In this document: positions 29,132 through 38,752 of the stretch, piece after piece
How positions within the stretch are numbered: the stretch's first letter is position 1
How the letters are laid out: each line of letters opens with the position of its first letter
NCBI GenBank assembly: GCA_963728565.1
Contig: CAVSLC010000013.1
Location: 32,001 to 96,000, forward strand
Origin: an uncultured delta proteobacterium
GTDB lineage: Bacteria > Desulfobacterota > Binatia > UBA9968
Direction of reading: 5' to 3'
Length of the DNA stretch: 64,000 nucleotides
Program-made: the position numbers and the translations under genes
Notes under the pieces: generated by a model
The model's input: only the letters and a program-made list of their open reading frames with translations
Databases searched by the model: none
What the model was told of the DNA's origin: nothing

Positions 29132-30103
29132 ATGCAGTTCCCCGCTTATCGACCCAGGCGGTTACGCAAAAATGAAAAGCTGCGGCAACTGATTCGAGAG
29201 ACCACTCTCACAGCAGGTAATCTTATCTACCCCTTATTTGTCGGACCGGGAACGAACGTAGTCCGCGCGGTTTCGACGATGCCTGGCATTGCCCAGCTGT
29301 CGGTGGACCGGGCGGTTCTCGAATGCCGCGAGGCGGCCGCTCTCGGAATACCAGCGGTCATCCTATTTGGCATCCCCGAGACCAAGGACGCGGTCGGCTC
29401 GGAAGCCTCTATTAGTGACGGCGTGGTGCAGCAAGCGGTGCGAGCGATCAAGGACAATGTTCCCGACCTAGTGGTTGTTACAGACGTTTGCCTCTGTGAA
29501 TACACCGACCACGGCCACTGCGGCTTGATCAAAAACGGCGCGATAGATAATGACAGCACCTTGGAACTTCTTGCTCAAGAAGCGCTTTCTCATGCGCAAG
29601 CTGGCGCAGACATGGTGGCGCCATCGGATATGATGGATGGCAGGGTGGGCGCGATTCGCCGGGTTTTGGATAGCAACGGCTTCGATCAAGTTGCGATAAT
29701 GGCTTACGCAGCCAAGTATGCTTCAGCCTTCTACGGTCCGTTTCGCGAAGCGGCGGAATCGACGCCGCAGTTTGGCGATCGCCGCTCTTACCAAATGGAT
29801 CCTGCCAATACCGATGAAGCGTTGCGGGAAGTCGAACTCGACATTCAGGAGGGAGCTGACATTGTCATGATCAAGCCCGCGCTGGCCTATCTCGATGTTA
29901 TTTACCGGGTGAAAAAGCAGTTTGGTTATCCGGTTGCTGCCTACAACGTCAGTGGCGAATATTCGATGATCAAAGCGGCCGGCATCAATGGTTGGATCGA
30001 TGAAGAAAGAATCATGTTGGAGGTTCTTTTATCGATCAGACGCGCGGGTGCAGATATGATCTTGACCTATTTCGCTAAGCAGTTAGCGCGCGCCTTGGCT
30101 TAG
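29132..30103 (+). CDS. hemB: Porphobilinogen synthase
   Basis: [29 protein letters not shown] and MIKPAL motifs. Confidence 0.97.
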   Translation: MQFPAYRPRRLRKNEKLRQLIRETTLTAGNLIYPLFVGPGTNVVRAVSTMPGIAQLSVDRAVLECREAAALGIPAVILFGIPETKDAVGSEASISDGVVQQAVRAIKDNVPDLVVVTDVCLCEYTDHGHCGLIKNGAIDNDSTLELLAQEALSHAQAGADMVAPSDMMDGRVGAIRRVLDSNGFDQVAIMAYAAKYASAFYGPFREAAESTPQFGDRRSYQMDPANTDEALREVELDIQEGADIVMIKPALAYLDVIYRVKKQFGYPVAAYNVSGEYSMIKAAGINGWIDEERIMLEVLLSIRRAGADMILTYFAKQLARALA

Positions 30104-30182
30104 ATGTTTGCCAAGCACTCGTTCGCGAGTGTCTATAAGAAAGCCGCCCATTTCTGTGCCGAAGGCGTCCTGGCCGTCATTT

Positions 30183-30446
30183 TTAAATCAGATTCCACAG
30201 ATCCTTAATCTTTCGCTGCAGTGTGCGCTCGCACTCGGCCTCCCTGCCCGAAACGTGAACCTGAGACTCCGAAAGTCGGAACAGGAGGACCCGCGAGCCT
30301 TTTGTCAGCCGTAAGAGAAACGTACTGGAGTCGCCGTCGTAATCGACGTCCACGGTCACTTGTTGATCTATTTGACGGGCAACACGGTTCGCCCAAGCCG
30401 CCACTTCGGGAGCCGCCGCGTCGCCTTTTTTTTCCGCTAACATCAA
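30183..30446 (-). CDS. Small hypothetical protein
   Basis: 87-aa ORF directly downstream of the binding-protein gene, protein-like composition. Confidence 0.55.
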   Translation of the reverse strand: MMLAEKKGDAAAPEVAAWANRVARQIDQQVTVDVDYDGDSSTFLLRLTKGSRVLLFRLSESQVHVSGREAECERTLQRKIKDLWNLI

Positions 30447-30461
30447 CGGCCGGGTTGACGT

Positions 30462-31472
30462 TTATTTCTTCTTGTAGAGCCCGTCGATAAAGCCGCTCTG
30501 CTCGAGTTCACGGATGAAAGTAAAGTCCACGAATTGTTCCGGCTTAGCTGTCTTTGCCCGAGGGTCGCGTTCACCGATATCTTCCATGACCGTTTTCAGG
30601 CCCTCGAGACTCGGAAGCTGTTTTTTCGGTAGCAACGCTTCAGTGAGGATATTCTCGCGGCTCTTCTCCAGGATCTCACGGTCGACATTGCTTCCCATGT
30701 ACTTGCCCAAGGTTTTTACGGTGGCCTCTTTATCGGTCCAAATTCTATGTACGGCCTCTACGTGTGATTTGACATATCTACGAACCATGTCGGGATTCTC
30801 ACGAATAAATCTGCGCGTCGTTGCCGCGCCGGTATGTTGAAATACCAAACCCATTTGCGCGACGTCCGCTACCACCGCCAGCCCCTTTTTCTCCGCGATG
30901 AAGTTAGAAGGAGGATTGATGACGGCGGCAGTGACTCGCCCGGTCAAGACCGCGCCTAGCCGGTCTGGTCCACTACCGACCTGTACTAGAGTGACGTCCT
31001 TGCCCGGGGTAAGGCCGATCTTTCTCAGTGCGAACCGAGCAATCGAATCCGTTGCTGAACCGAAGCGACTGATTGCTACGGTCCCGCCTTTAAGTTGCTC
31101 ACCGCTTTTGACTCCCGCCTTGCCCATTAAGACATAATTTAGCGACGTCATGCCCGCCGCGATGAATACGGCATCTGAACCAGCCAGAGCGCTATTGACA
31201 AGGCCCGGCCCGGACACCTGCGTGATCGGAACATCGTTAGAAACCAGCGCAAGGATAGCTGTGGTACCGCCGGTGAAAAAAATTAATTGAGCATCTAGGC
31301 CGTTTTGCGCGAAGATTCCTGTTTCCTTGGCAATCCATGCCGGGAGTTGATCGGCGCTGATCGCGCTATACCCCACGTTGATTCGGACCGATTGTGCCCC
31401 GGCGAATGAGGCGATAGTTAAAAGACATGCTATTGACACCATTGCGGCAGCTAAAGCTCTGAAAAGTCTCAT
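30462..31472 (-). CDS. ABC substrate-binding protein, NMT1/THI5/SsuA-like
   Basis: SD GGAGG then ATG 31472; signal peptide; P.WIAKE.GIF...GLD and AISRFGSATD motifs. Confidence 0.88.
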   Translation of the reverse strand: MRLFRALAAAMVSIACLLTIASFAGAQSVRINVGYSAISADQLPAWIAKETGIFAQNGLDAQLIFFTGGTTAILALVSNDVPITQVSGPGLVNSALAGSDAVFIAAGMTSLNYVLMGKAGVKSGEQLKGGTVAISRFGSATDSIARFALRKIGLTPGKDVTLVQVGSGPDRLGAVLTGRVTAAVINPPSNFIAEKKGLAVVADVAQMGLVFQHTGAATTRRFIRENPDMVRRYVKSHVEAVHRIWTDKEATVKTLGKYMGSNVDREILEKSRENILTEALLPKKQLPSLEGLKTVMEDIGERDPRAKTAKPEQFVDFTFIRELEQSGFIDGLYKKK

Positions 31473-31627
31473 TAGTCCTCCGGAAGAAAGAGTCGAGGCA
31501 AATAGTACTAGACCAGGGATATCCAAACAAGCAAGCCCTGCCACCGCAAAAGGCTTGCTCGGTTGATGTTAGATGATCCCAAGAGTTTCAAAGCATAGGG
31601 TCGCGCGACACTGAGTTGTGGGCAATT

Positions 31628-32179
31628 CTAACTGCCTTTGTTGACCTTCTTGACTTCGGCAAGCAACTCTTCGGTGGAGAGAAGATCCTTCGGCCCATTG
31701 CTCGGGCGGACGTTGAAGTAACGTACCACGCCCTCCTTATCGATAATAATGTATGAACGCTTGGCTTGACGTCTTTCTTGGTCGAAAACACCGAACATGG
31801 TCATGGTTTTTCCGCTTGCATCGCTGAGTAGCGGGTAATTGATCTTGGCGAAATCGGCAAAGGCCTTCTGTGAGAAGGCGGTGTTAACACTCATTCCCAA
31901 GACTTCGGTATTTTCCGCTTGGAACTGCTGGTAGTTGTCCGAACCGGACGCTTGCAGGTCCTTGATTCACGTAGGATTAAAGTCGAGAACATAAAAGTTT
32001 ATAAGAACATTCTTGCCCTTAAGATTGCTCAGCTTTAGCTTGCCGCCTTTGCTGCTCTCAAGCTCAAAGTCCGGCGCCTTGTCGCCGACCTCAAGCGCCG
32101 GTGCAGCGGAACTTGCGCCGACAATGACAGCTATTGCTATCACCAATGAAAACATCAATTTTGCGATTGATTTCATCAC
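31628..32179 (-). CDS. Exported AhpC/TSA peroxiredoxin-like selenoprotein
   Basis: ORFs 31967-32179 and 31628-31900 are in the same frame, joined through one UGA: VGDKAPDFEL...FYVLDFNPT-U-IKDL...EVLGMSV...YPLLSD...AKRSYIIIDKEGVVRY. SD AAAGGAGG and a signal peptide are present. Confidence 0.88.
31937..31949 (-). promoter_or_regulatory. Bacterial SECIS-like hairpin of the peroxiredoxin
   Basis: GTCCG-GTT-CGGAC stem-loop with a G-led loop, 17 nt 3' of the UGA (31967-31969). Confidence 0.6.
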
Positions 32180-32518
32180 TTCCTCCTTTGACGAAAACTT
32201 CTGGTCGATATTCGGAAATTCACCGCTTTATGTCTCAGTTCATGGGTACTGTCAACGGTAGCAAGACAACAGTATGGGTTGATTTCCATGGGCGCTTTTG
32301 CCGATTGACAGAAGCAAGAGCAGTAATCCCACTCGCGATGGTTGACACATACGCCGGAGGATAGGACAAAATTCCAAAGGCACGAACGCGCTCTTCGCCG
32401 CACACCGTGAGAACGTTACCAAGTTATACCTATGTCACGCCGATGACACGCCGACTGAAGTCCAAAGTCGCTTCGAAGTCACCAATGCGATGGCAAGAGC
32501 GCTTTATAGGACTGCGCA

Positions 32519-33121
32519 TTAGAGAATCGCCTTGATCGCGGATCGTTGTTTCATTCGCTCGACATAGCTTGCCAGCCGCGGCAGCGACTTATCCGGCAGT
32601 ACGCCGAACCCTTCGAGCCGAAGAAAACGGGGAATCAGGGCTGCGTCCGCAAGTGAAAAATCTCCTACCAAGTAAGGTTGATCGCCGATCTCATTCTCCA
32701 GTCTTTGCAGCATTTTTCTAAGCTCGGTCTGGGCCTCCGTAATCACGTCCTTATTTTGTTCCTTCTCGTCTTTCACCATTTCCATGCGTAGTTTTTGATA
32801 TTGACCCTCCAGGTGGGTTAATCCGTAATCGGTCAAGATGCGAGCTTTGGCTTTTTTAGCGGGATCCTGCGGCATGAGGGGAGGCGTTGAATATTTATCG
32901 TCAAGGTATTCATTGATGATACAGGATTCATACAACACCGTGTCGCCGTCGGTGACGACGGGGACTTTCCCATTTGGATTCAGTTTGAGGAATTCAGGCG
33001 TTTTTTGCGCATGCGCTCTCAGGTCAACGGGAACTGTTTCGTAAGGCAGATTTTTTTCCGCCAGGACAACCCGCACCCGCTGGCAATTAGGTGACGACTT
33101 AAAATCATAGAGCTTGATCAT
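32519..33121 (-). CDS. Glutathione S-transferase family protein (SPNC motif)
   Basis: MIKLYDFKSSPNCQRVRVVL, LNPNGKVP, YESCIINEYLD and FSLAD motifs. Confidence 0.9.
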   Translation of the reverse strand: MIKLYDFKSSPNCQRVRVVLAEKNLPYETVPVDLRAHAQKTPEFLKLNPNGKVPVVTDGDTVLYESCIINEYLDDKYSTPPLMPQDPAKKAKARILTDYGLTHLEGQYQKLRMEMVKDEKEQNKDVITEAQTELRKMLQRLENEIGDQPYLVGDFSLADAALIPRFLRLEGFGVLPDKSLPRLASYVERMKQRSAIKAIL

Positions 33122-33260
33122 TGTCTGTCCTTTCAAGACCAGGATTGATACCGAACTTATACTGAGATTCTGTTTAAACGCAAAGGCGAAGTCGAAAACT
33201 CGCTTGATATGGCTAATCTTTGATGTTAAGCGGATAGCGATTGGCCGGAGTTTTTTTCCG

Positions 33261-33785
33261 ATGAGCGCGGAAGAAGCAGCTGCTACAAAGATCATTACCG
33301 GGATAAAACAAGCCGGTATCAATTTGATCGCCACTTTGCCCGACGTCAACCTCGCGCAGTTGCTGCATGCTGTCGAGGAAGACCCCGATCTCCTACACGT
33401 GCCACTGTGCCGCGAGGAGGAAGGAATCGGTATCTGCGCAGGAGCCTATCTTGTCGGAAAGAAGTGTGCCGCGGTGATGCAGAACGGTGGCTTCTTCAAT
33501 AGTAATAACGCCATCATCAGCACGCTCTTACAGTATCAAATCCCGCTGCTGCTGATGATCTACTATGCCGGGGATGTTGGTGATCGGACCTTCAGCACTT
33601 CGGGCAGTATGACGGAACCTGTGCTCCAGGCACTCGGGATCCGATATTACATCATGCGCGAGACCGCCGACGCGCCGGAGCTGATCAAGCGGGCGCAGAT
33701 CTTGGCCGAGGATTCGAAAAGGCCGGTTGCGCTGCTCCTCACTAAAGAAGTCCTGGGGCGCCGTGCCGCGCTTAGATCGCTCTAG
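33261..33785 (+). CDS. Sulfopyruvate/phosphonopyruvate decarboxylase alpha-like subunit (ComD-like)
   Basis: TLPD, REEEGIGICAGAYLVGK and MQNGG motifs. Confidence 0.8.
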   Translation: MSAEEAAATKIITGIKQAGINLIATLPDVNLAQLLHAVEEDPDLLHVPLCREEEGIGICAGAYLVGKKCAAVMQNGGFFNSNNAIISTLLQYQIPLLLMIYYAGDVGDRTFSTSGSMTEPVLQALGIRYYIMRETADAPELIKRAQILAEDSKRPVALLLTKEVLGRRAALRSL

Positions 33786-33822
33786 CCCGGTTCTTAGATC
33801 AAGCAAAGCTGAACGTTTTTGT

Positions 33823-34428
33823 ATGAAAAGATTCGATTGCTTGAAACTCGTTGCTGCAGAGGCGAAGGACGCTTTGGTAGTCAGTTCCGCCGGAGCGATG
33901 ACTCTGGAGTGGAATGCCCTGCGTCCGGGAGACGGCAATTTGCGGGTTCGTACCCTGGGTCTGTGTTCGTCCATCGCACTTGGTATGGCATTGGGCTTGC
34001 CCCATCGCAAGATCATAGCCTTGGATGGTGACGGGTCTTTGTTAATGAATCTGTGTTCATTACCGACGATCGCTCGCATGCAACCAGGCAACTTAGTCCA
34101 TATTGTTTTCGATAATGAAGTTTATGAGGCCTCCGGCAGCAAGAAAACAGCGACTGCTTGTGGGACTGACTTAGTCGGAGTGGCTCGTGCGGCGGGAATC
34201 AAGAACTCCGATTGGGCAAATAATCTCAGCGAGTTTGGTAGAGCGATTTTGGCGGGTATGACGACCAATGAGCTGACATTTATTGGTGCCAAAGTCACAA
34301 CCGAGCGAACTGAGGTTAGCCCATATCCGCTCGATGAAGTGGAAAACAAGTATCGCTTCATTCGTTACGTTGAAAGGACCGAGCAAGTTGAGATTCTCAA
34401 GAAGAATTTGCCGGCCAGTTATGTTTAA
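33823..34428 (+). CDS. ThDP-binding decarboxylase beta-like subunit (ComE-like)
   Basis: MKRFDCL start, LGL.SSIALG.A and the GDGSLLMN...DNEVYE ThDP motif. Confidence 0.82.
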   Translation: MKRFDCLKLVAAEAKDALVVSSAGAMTLEWNALRPGDGNLRVRTLGLCSSIALGMALGLPHRKIIALDGDGSLLMNLCSLPTIARMQPGNLVHIVFDNEVYEASGSKKTATACGTDLVGVARAAGIKNSDWANNLSEFGRAILAGMTTNELTFIGAKVTTERTEVSPYPLDEVENKYRFIRYVERTEQVEILKKNLPASYV

Positions 34429-34456
34429 TTCCGTCCGACACCATCTTTGAGGCACA

Positions 34457-35491
34457 ATGAAAATTGATATCGAATTTAACTCCGGGGCCCAGCTGCCGAT
34501 GGACGCAATCCCGGAGCTGGCGCGTCTCGCCGAGGCAAACGGCTTCGATTGTGCCTGGGGTGGAGAGGCTAATAACAAAGATCCCACGGTAATGTTGTCA
34601 GCTATCGCCGCTGTAACTACCCAGCTCAAAATAGGTTCGGCGATCTATCACATCCTCGGCCGCACGCCGGCAACGTTAGCATTGCAAGCGGTGGGTCTCG
34701 ACGAGTTATCCGGCGGAAGATTTCTCTTGGGCATCGGTTCATCCAATCCGACGATTGCCAAGTGGCACGGTCAAATATTAGATCAACCGCTCGGCCGGGT
34801 TCGTGAGTACATCGAGATTGTTCAATCCGCTGCACGCGGGGAGAAGCTTGACTTTGATGGCAAGTTTTTCACGGCACACAATTTCAAAATGGCATTTAAG
34901 CCGTCGGGTCGTATCATACCTATCTATCTAGCCGCCTTCGGTCCCAAAATGACACGCCTGGCGGGCCGGATTGCCGATGGCGTTTTAATCAATATGGCCA
35001 ATCCCGCTGAAATCCGGCGAATCGCCGATGAGGTCCGCAAAGGTGCTGAAGAGGCGGGGAAAGATCCGGCCGGCATGCAGATCATTTGCAAGATTCGCTG
35101 CTCCATTGCTGAAACTTCTGCCGCGGCCCGAGATGCTTTGAGCCATGCGCTAACCTATTACGCGCTAGCTGATTATTATCGCGACCTCCTCGGCCGCATG
35201 GGATTCGCAGAGGAAGTTGAGGCGATGCGCAGCGCGTGGAAAACCGGAGGCTTTCATTCCGCGCGTAAGCTGGTGAGTGATCGAATGTTCGCGAATCTGC
35301 CGCTGGTCGCCGCCACTTCTGCGCACGAAATCGTCGAGCAGATCCAGCCATACGCGGACGCCGGGGCGACACGAATCATTCTGCCGTATGTTGCGGCCAC
35401 CGACGATGTCATAGGGGAGATGAAGAGCTTCATCGAGAAATGGAACACGTCACAACCTAGCTCACCCAGGAGAGAAATTGATGCCATTTGA
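34457..35491 (+). CDS. LLM-class flavin/F420-dependent oxidoreductase
   Basis: AEANGFD..W..E, LDELSGGRFLLGIG and PIYLAAFGPKM..LAG..ADG motifs. Confidence 0.88.
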   Translation: MKIDIEFNSGAQLPMDAIPELARLAEANGFDCAWGGEANNKDPTVMLSAIAAVTTQLKIGSAIYHILGRTPATLALQAVGLDELSGGRFLLGIGSSNPTIAKWHGQILDQPLGRVREYIEIVQSAARGEKLDFDGKFFTAHNFKMAFKPSGRIIPIYLAAFGPKMTRLAGRIADGVLINMANPAEIRRIADEVRKGAEEAGKDPAGMQIICKIRCSIAETSAAARDALSHALTYYALADYYRDLLGRMGFAEEVEAMRSAWKTGGFHSARKLVSDRMFANLPLVAATSAHEIVEQIQPYADAGATRIILPYVAATDDVIGEMKSFIEKWNTSQPSSPRREIDAI

Positions 35492-35882
35492 ATTGTTGAA
35501 CCCGTCCGGTTTGGAGTCACCAGTCGGTTACGCTCATGTAGCCAAGATCGCCCGCGGTGACATCGTCCATGTAGCGGGACAGGCGCCGTTCGACTCTCAG
35601 GGGCAGGTCGTCGGCAAGGGTGATTTCGTGGCGCAGTTCGCCCAGGTGGTCCGAAATCTAAAAACCGCAGTTGCTGCAGCCGGCGGCGAGCCACAGAACT
35701 ACGCTGTCCTCACCATCTATATTACCGACCTGCGAGCCTACCTGAATAATAAAAAGGCGCTTGGGTCAATATACAAGGAGGTGTTTGGTCGACACTTTCC
35801 TGCCATTACGCTGGTGGAAGTGAAAAGCCTCTACAATCCCGATTGTATGGTCGAGATCTCAGGAGTAGCCGTTATCAATTGA
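35481..35882 (+). CDS. RidA/YjgF family protein
   Basis: GYAH, VAGQ, FPAITLV.V..L and VEI motifs. Confidence 0.85.
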   Translation: MPFELLNPSGLESPVGYAHVAKIARGDIVHVAGQAPFDSQGQVVGKGDFVAQFAQVVRNLKTAVAAAGGEPQNYAVLTIYITDLRAYLNNKKALGSIYKEVFGRHFPAITLVEVKSLYNPDCMVEISGVAVIN

Positions 35883-36009
35883 ACGCCAGAAGGTCTTTCC
35901 CTACAGCTCTTGTCTTATAATTGCGCAATTGTGACAACTTTGCGCCTGCGATTTGCGTTGCCTAGCTGAGCTGGAGCCGGAACTAATGTGTTTTCGAGCT
36001 CAGTCTAAC

Positions 36010-36025
36010 TGGCACTTACTTTGCT
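36010..36025 (+). promoter_or_regulatory. sigma54 (-24/-12) promoter
   Basis: TGGCAC-TTACT-TTGCT matches the TGGCAC-N5-TTGCW consensus exactly, 43 nt upstream of ATG 36069. Confidence 0.8.
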
Positions 36026-36068
36026 TAAGTTGATCGATACTGAAGGTTAATAGGGAAGGTCAAAAAAC

Positions 36069-36290
36069 ATGAGTTACCGGCTAACTAGATATAATCCCAC
36101 ACCTAGCATCGAGCAAGAACGGGAACAGGATCTTCTAGAAAGCGTTACCGAAGAAGAGGTGATAATCCTGTGGCGTTCAATAAAACAAAAGGGCTTGTCA
36201 GAGGATGAGGCCTGGCATGCCATCGTTACCGGGCTTGCTCTGGATGCGGCCTTCGCAAGCAACAGGCGATCGATTCAGTATGAACACTAG
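36069..36290 (+). CDS. Small hypothetical protein (73 aa)
   Basis: SD GGAAGG and a sigma54 promoter upstream. Confidence 0.65.
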   Translation: MSYRLTRYNPTPSIEQEREQDLLESVTEEEVIILWRSIKQKGLSEDEAWHAIVTGLALDAAFASNRRSIQYEH

Positions 36291-36345
36291 TGAGTGACGC
36301 TAAACTCCCCGCAATGTACATGAACAGCTAACTCGGCTGACGCTT

Positions 36346-36838
36346 TTACGTTTGAGTTGCCTGCGGATCTGCGATTGCGACTAAATCAAAGAGAATTTGG
36401 CGATGTGATCTTTGGCCGCTCCTAAGCTCCTCCACCACCTTTGCGATCTCTGGTGTTTCTGCTGCTTTCAATTCGAGCGTGAATAGTAGATCATCCAAGG
36501 CAATCTGATCCTGCAAATCGAGGTTTAATCGCTCCCAATGGTTTTTTCCGGTTTTCGGTTCTTCTTTCGGTAATCGCGGCTTTTCTCCAAGTTTTTCAAT
36601 CACGGTTCTTACCTTTTTAGCACTATCCAATTTCTGTACTTGCGATTTCGTGTAGTTTGCGCTGGATGTGCGGATAAGGCGCGTCAGCGGCGTGCACCTC
36701 GATTTGATTGGCTAGCCGTAAAACCAGCTCGTGGGCGAGGGCTAGACCTTCCACAGGAGTCTCACCCCGGGATTGGTTATAGGCGCTTCGTTCCGGAAAC
36801 AGAAAGTTTATCAAAGAGTTGGAAATGATGCTCGGCAT
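36346..36838 (-). CDS. Ferritin-like four-helix protein, split by an apparent +1 frameshift near 36640
   Basis: Removing one A joins HAADAPYPHIQRKLHEIA to VQKLDSAKKVRTVIEKLG...GKNHWERL...HRQIL. Fold is inferred. Confidence 0.55.
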
Positions 36839-37214
36839 TAAAGATCTTCAACTCCGACGATAAATTTAACTTGGTTTTATGTCAAGCTTTCGAGCATGTT
36901 ACTCGTTGACTGCGGTGGAAAAACCTGATTGAATCCCGACAATAACCAGGGGCCCGATGTCACGAATCATCCCCTTGAAATTGCCTTGGGTCAAGCTGCA
37001 ACCGTTTTAGAGCTTTTCATGGCTTGCATCCAAAGGAGCTACAAAACTCAACGGAGCCGGCCACTTATCTATTCTGAGAATCGCGGAGTCATGTTCTTTG
37101 CGCGAGGTTGCGGCATCCGAGACCTGAAAAGTCCGGAAAGATCATCAGCCAAGGGCAACCCAGTTTTTCTGCCGAACTGTTGGCGTACCTCAGCATAGCC
37201 ACGTTAAATCTTCG

Positions 37215-38279
37215 ATGCCGCAAATGACCGACGACGATAAAAAACTGCCCATCGATTTATCATTCGCTAACATCGATTTGCCGAAGCAAGAAGATTTGGA
37301 AGACGCTGATTCAAAAGAAAAAGCGTTGATTCCGTTCGATCCTTTGCAGAGGTACCTCGCAGAGATCCGCCGTTTTCCGCTACTTTCACGCGAGGAAGAA
37401 CACAAGCTGGCCGTTGAATTCAAGGAATTTGGCAATATCGAAGCCGCCTATAAGCTTGTTACCGGAAATCTTCGATTGGTGGTGATGATCGCGCGAGAAT
37501 ACCAAAAGGCATTGAAAAGCCTGCTTGATCTGATTCAAGAAGGCAATATGGGTTTGATGGAAGCGGTAAAGAACTTCGATCCTTATCGGGGTGTGCGATT
37601 CCCATCGTACGCGGTATGGTGGATTCGCGCCTATATCATTCGTTACATCATGAACGACTGGCGTATGGTCAAGATCGGAACGACTCAGGCCCAAAGAAAA
37701 CTGTTCTTCAACCTACAAAAAGAAAAGGAGCGGATTGAGGCGGAAGGCCTGACGCCAGGCCCTAAACTGCTGGCTCAGCGACTTAACGTTAAAGAAGACG
37801 AGGTTGTGGAAATGGAGCAACGCCTAGCTAATCGTGACCTTTCGGTGGATATGCCGATCGGAGAAGACGAAGAGGCAACGATGCTCAATTTTTTGCCTGA
37901 TCAAAAACAGAATCCCGAAGAACATTTCGCCGAAAGTCAGTACCGCGATTTATTGCAAAAGAAGATGGAAGACTTTGCACGCACCTTAAAAGATAAAGAG
38001 CTCGTCATTTTTCGCGAGCGGTTGCTCAATGAAGACCCGGTTACACTCCGGGAGATCGGTGAAAAATACAGTATTAGCCGAGAACGCGTCCGGCAGATCG
38101 AGGAGCGGCTTAAAAAGAAGCTCAAGACGTATTTGAGCAAAGAACTGGACGATGTTGGACGGCGCGAAAATCGGCAAAGCCGCAGATTAGCAGGGGTATT
38201 GCCCGAGGGATGTCACTCACTCGGCAGCTCGCAGTCGCGGGATCTTGTCTGTTCAACCCGGTTTTGCTACGAGAATTAG
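37215..38279 (+). CDS. rpoH: RNA polymerase sigma-32 factor
   Basis: DLIQEGNMGL, RpoH box VKIGTTQAQRKLFFNL and SRERVRQIE. True end may be TAG 38190 if TT 38155-38156 carries an extra base. Confidence 0.92.
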   Translation: MPQMTDDDKKLPIDLSFANIDLPKQEDLEDADSKEKALIPFDPLQRYLAEIRRFPLLSREEEHKLAVEFKEFGNIEAAYKLVTGNLRLVVMIAREYQKALKSLLDLIQEGNMGLMEAVKNFDPYRGVRFPSYAVWWIRAYIIRYIMNDWRMVKIGTTQAQRKLFFNLQKEKERIEAEGLTPGPKLLAQRLNVKEDEVVEMEQRLANRDLSVDMPIGEDEEATMLNFLPDQKQNPEEHFAESQYRDLLQKKMEDFARTLKDKELVIFRERLLNEDPVTLREIGEKYSISRERVRQIEERLKKKLKTYLSKELDDVGRRENRQSRRLAGVLPEGCHSLGSSQSRDLVCSTRFCYEN

Positions 38280-38298
38280 ATTAGCTTAGGAGGTATCA

Positions 38299-38751
38299 TT
38301 GCAGTTCGAAAAACAGGTAGAGATTCAGGCGCCCAGAGAAAAGGTTTGGAATTTTATCTGGGATGTCGATCAGTTTATCGCTTGCGTTCCGGGTTGTAAG
38401 GAAGCTAAGACTCTTGAAGCAGGGAAGCGGTATTCCGCAACCATGGTCGAGAAAGTTGGACCATTCAAGGTTGAGTTTCCGACGACTATAGAAGTTTTGG
38501 AACGAGAAGAGTTATCACGAATCAAGGCTCAAGCGTCCGGCGCTGACAACAAAATTGGCAGCCGGATGAAATTGGATCTGGAAGTGAAGCTTCGTGAAGA
38601 AGAAAACAAAACCGTTCTTCAATTTATAGCCGGAGTCGATATCTTGGGTAAACTTGCCGCCTTGGGACATGGCATTATCAAGCGCAAGGCCGACCAGGTC
38701 CTGGACGAGTTTGCTCAGGCCGTGAAGAAGCGTTTGGAAGGAGATTCGTGA
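38299..38751 (+). CDS. CoxG/SRPBCC family protein
   Basis: APREKVW.F..D....ACVPG, KVGP.K and GKLA.LG motifs; SD AGGAGG. Confidence 0.85.
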   Translation: MQFEKQVEIQAPREKVWNFIWDVDQFIACVPGCKEAKTLEAGKRYSATMVEKVGPFKVEFPTTIEVLEREELSRIKAQASGADNKIGSRMKLDLEVKLREEENKTVLQFIAGVDILGKLAALGHGIIKRKADQVLDEFAQAVKKRLEGDS

Positions 38752-38752
38752 G

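Noticed and set aside
31530-31559. AGCAAGCC/GGCTTGCT hairpin resembling the 25064-25096 repeat as a shared operator
   Set aside because: The spacers differ (14 vs 19 nt between the 7-mers) and there are only two instances; it may simply be a terminator-like hairpin.
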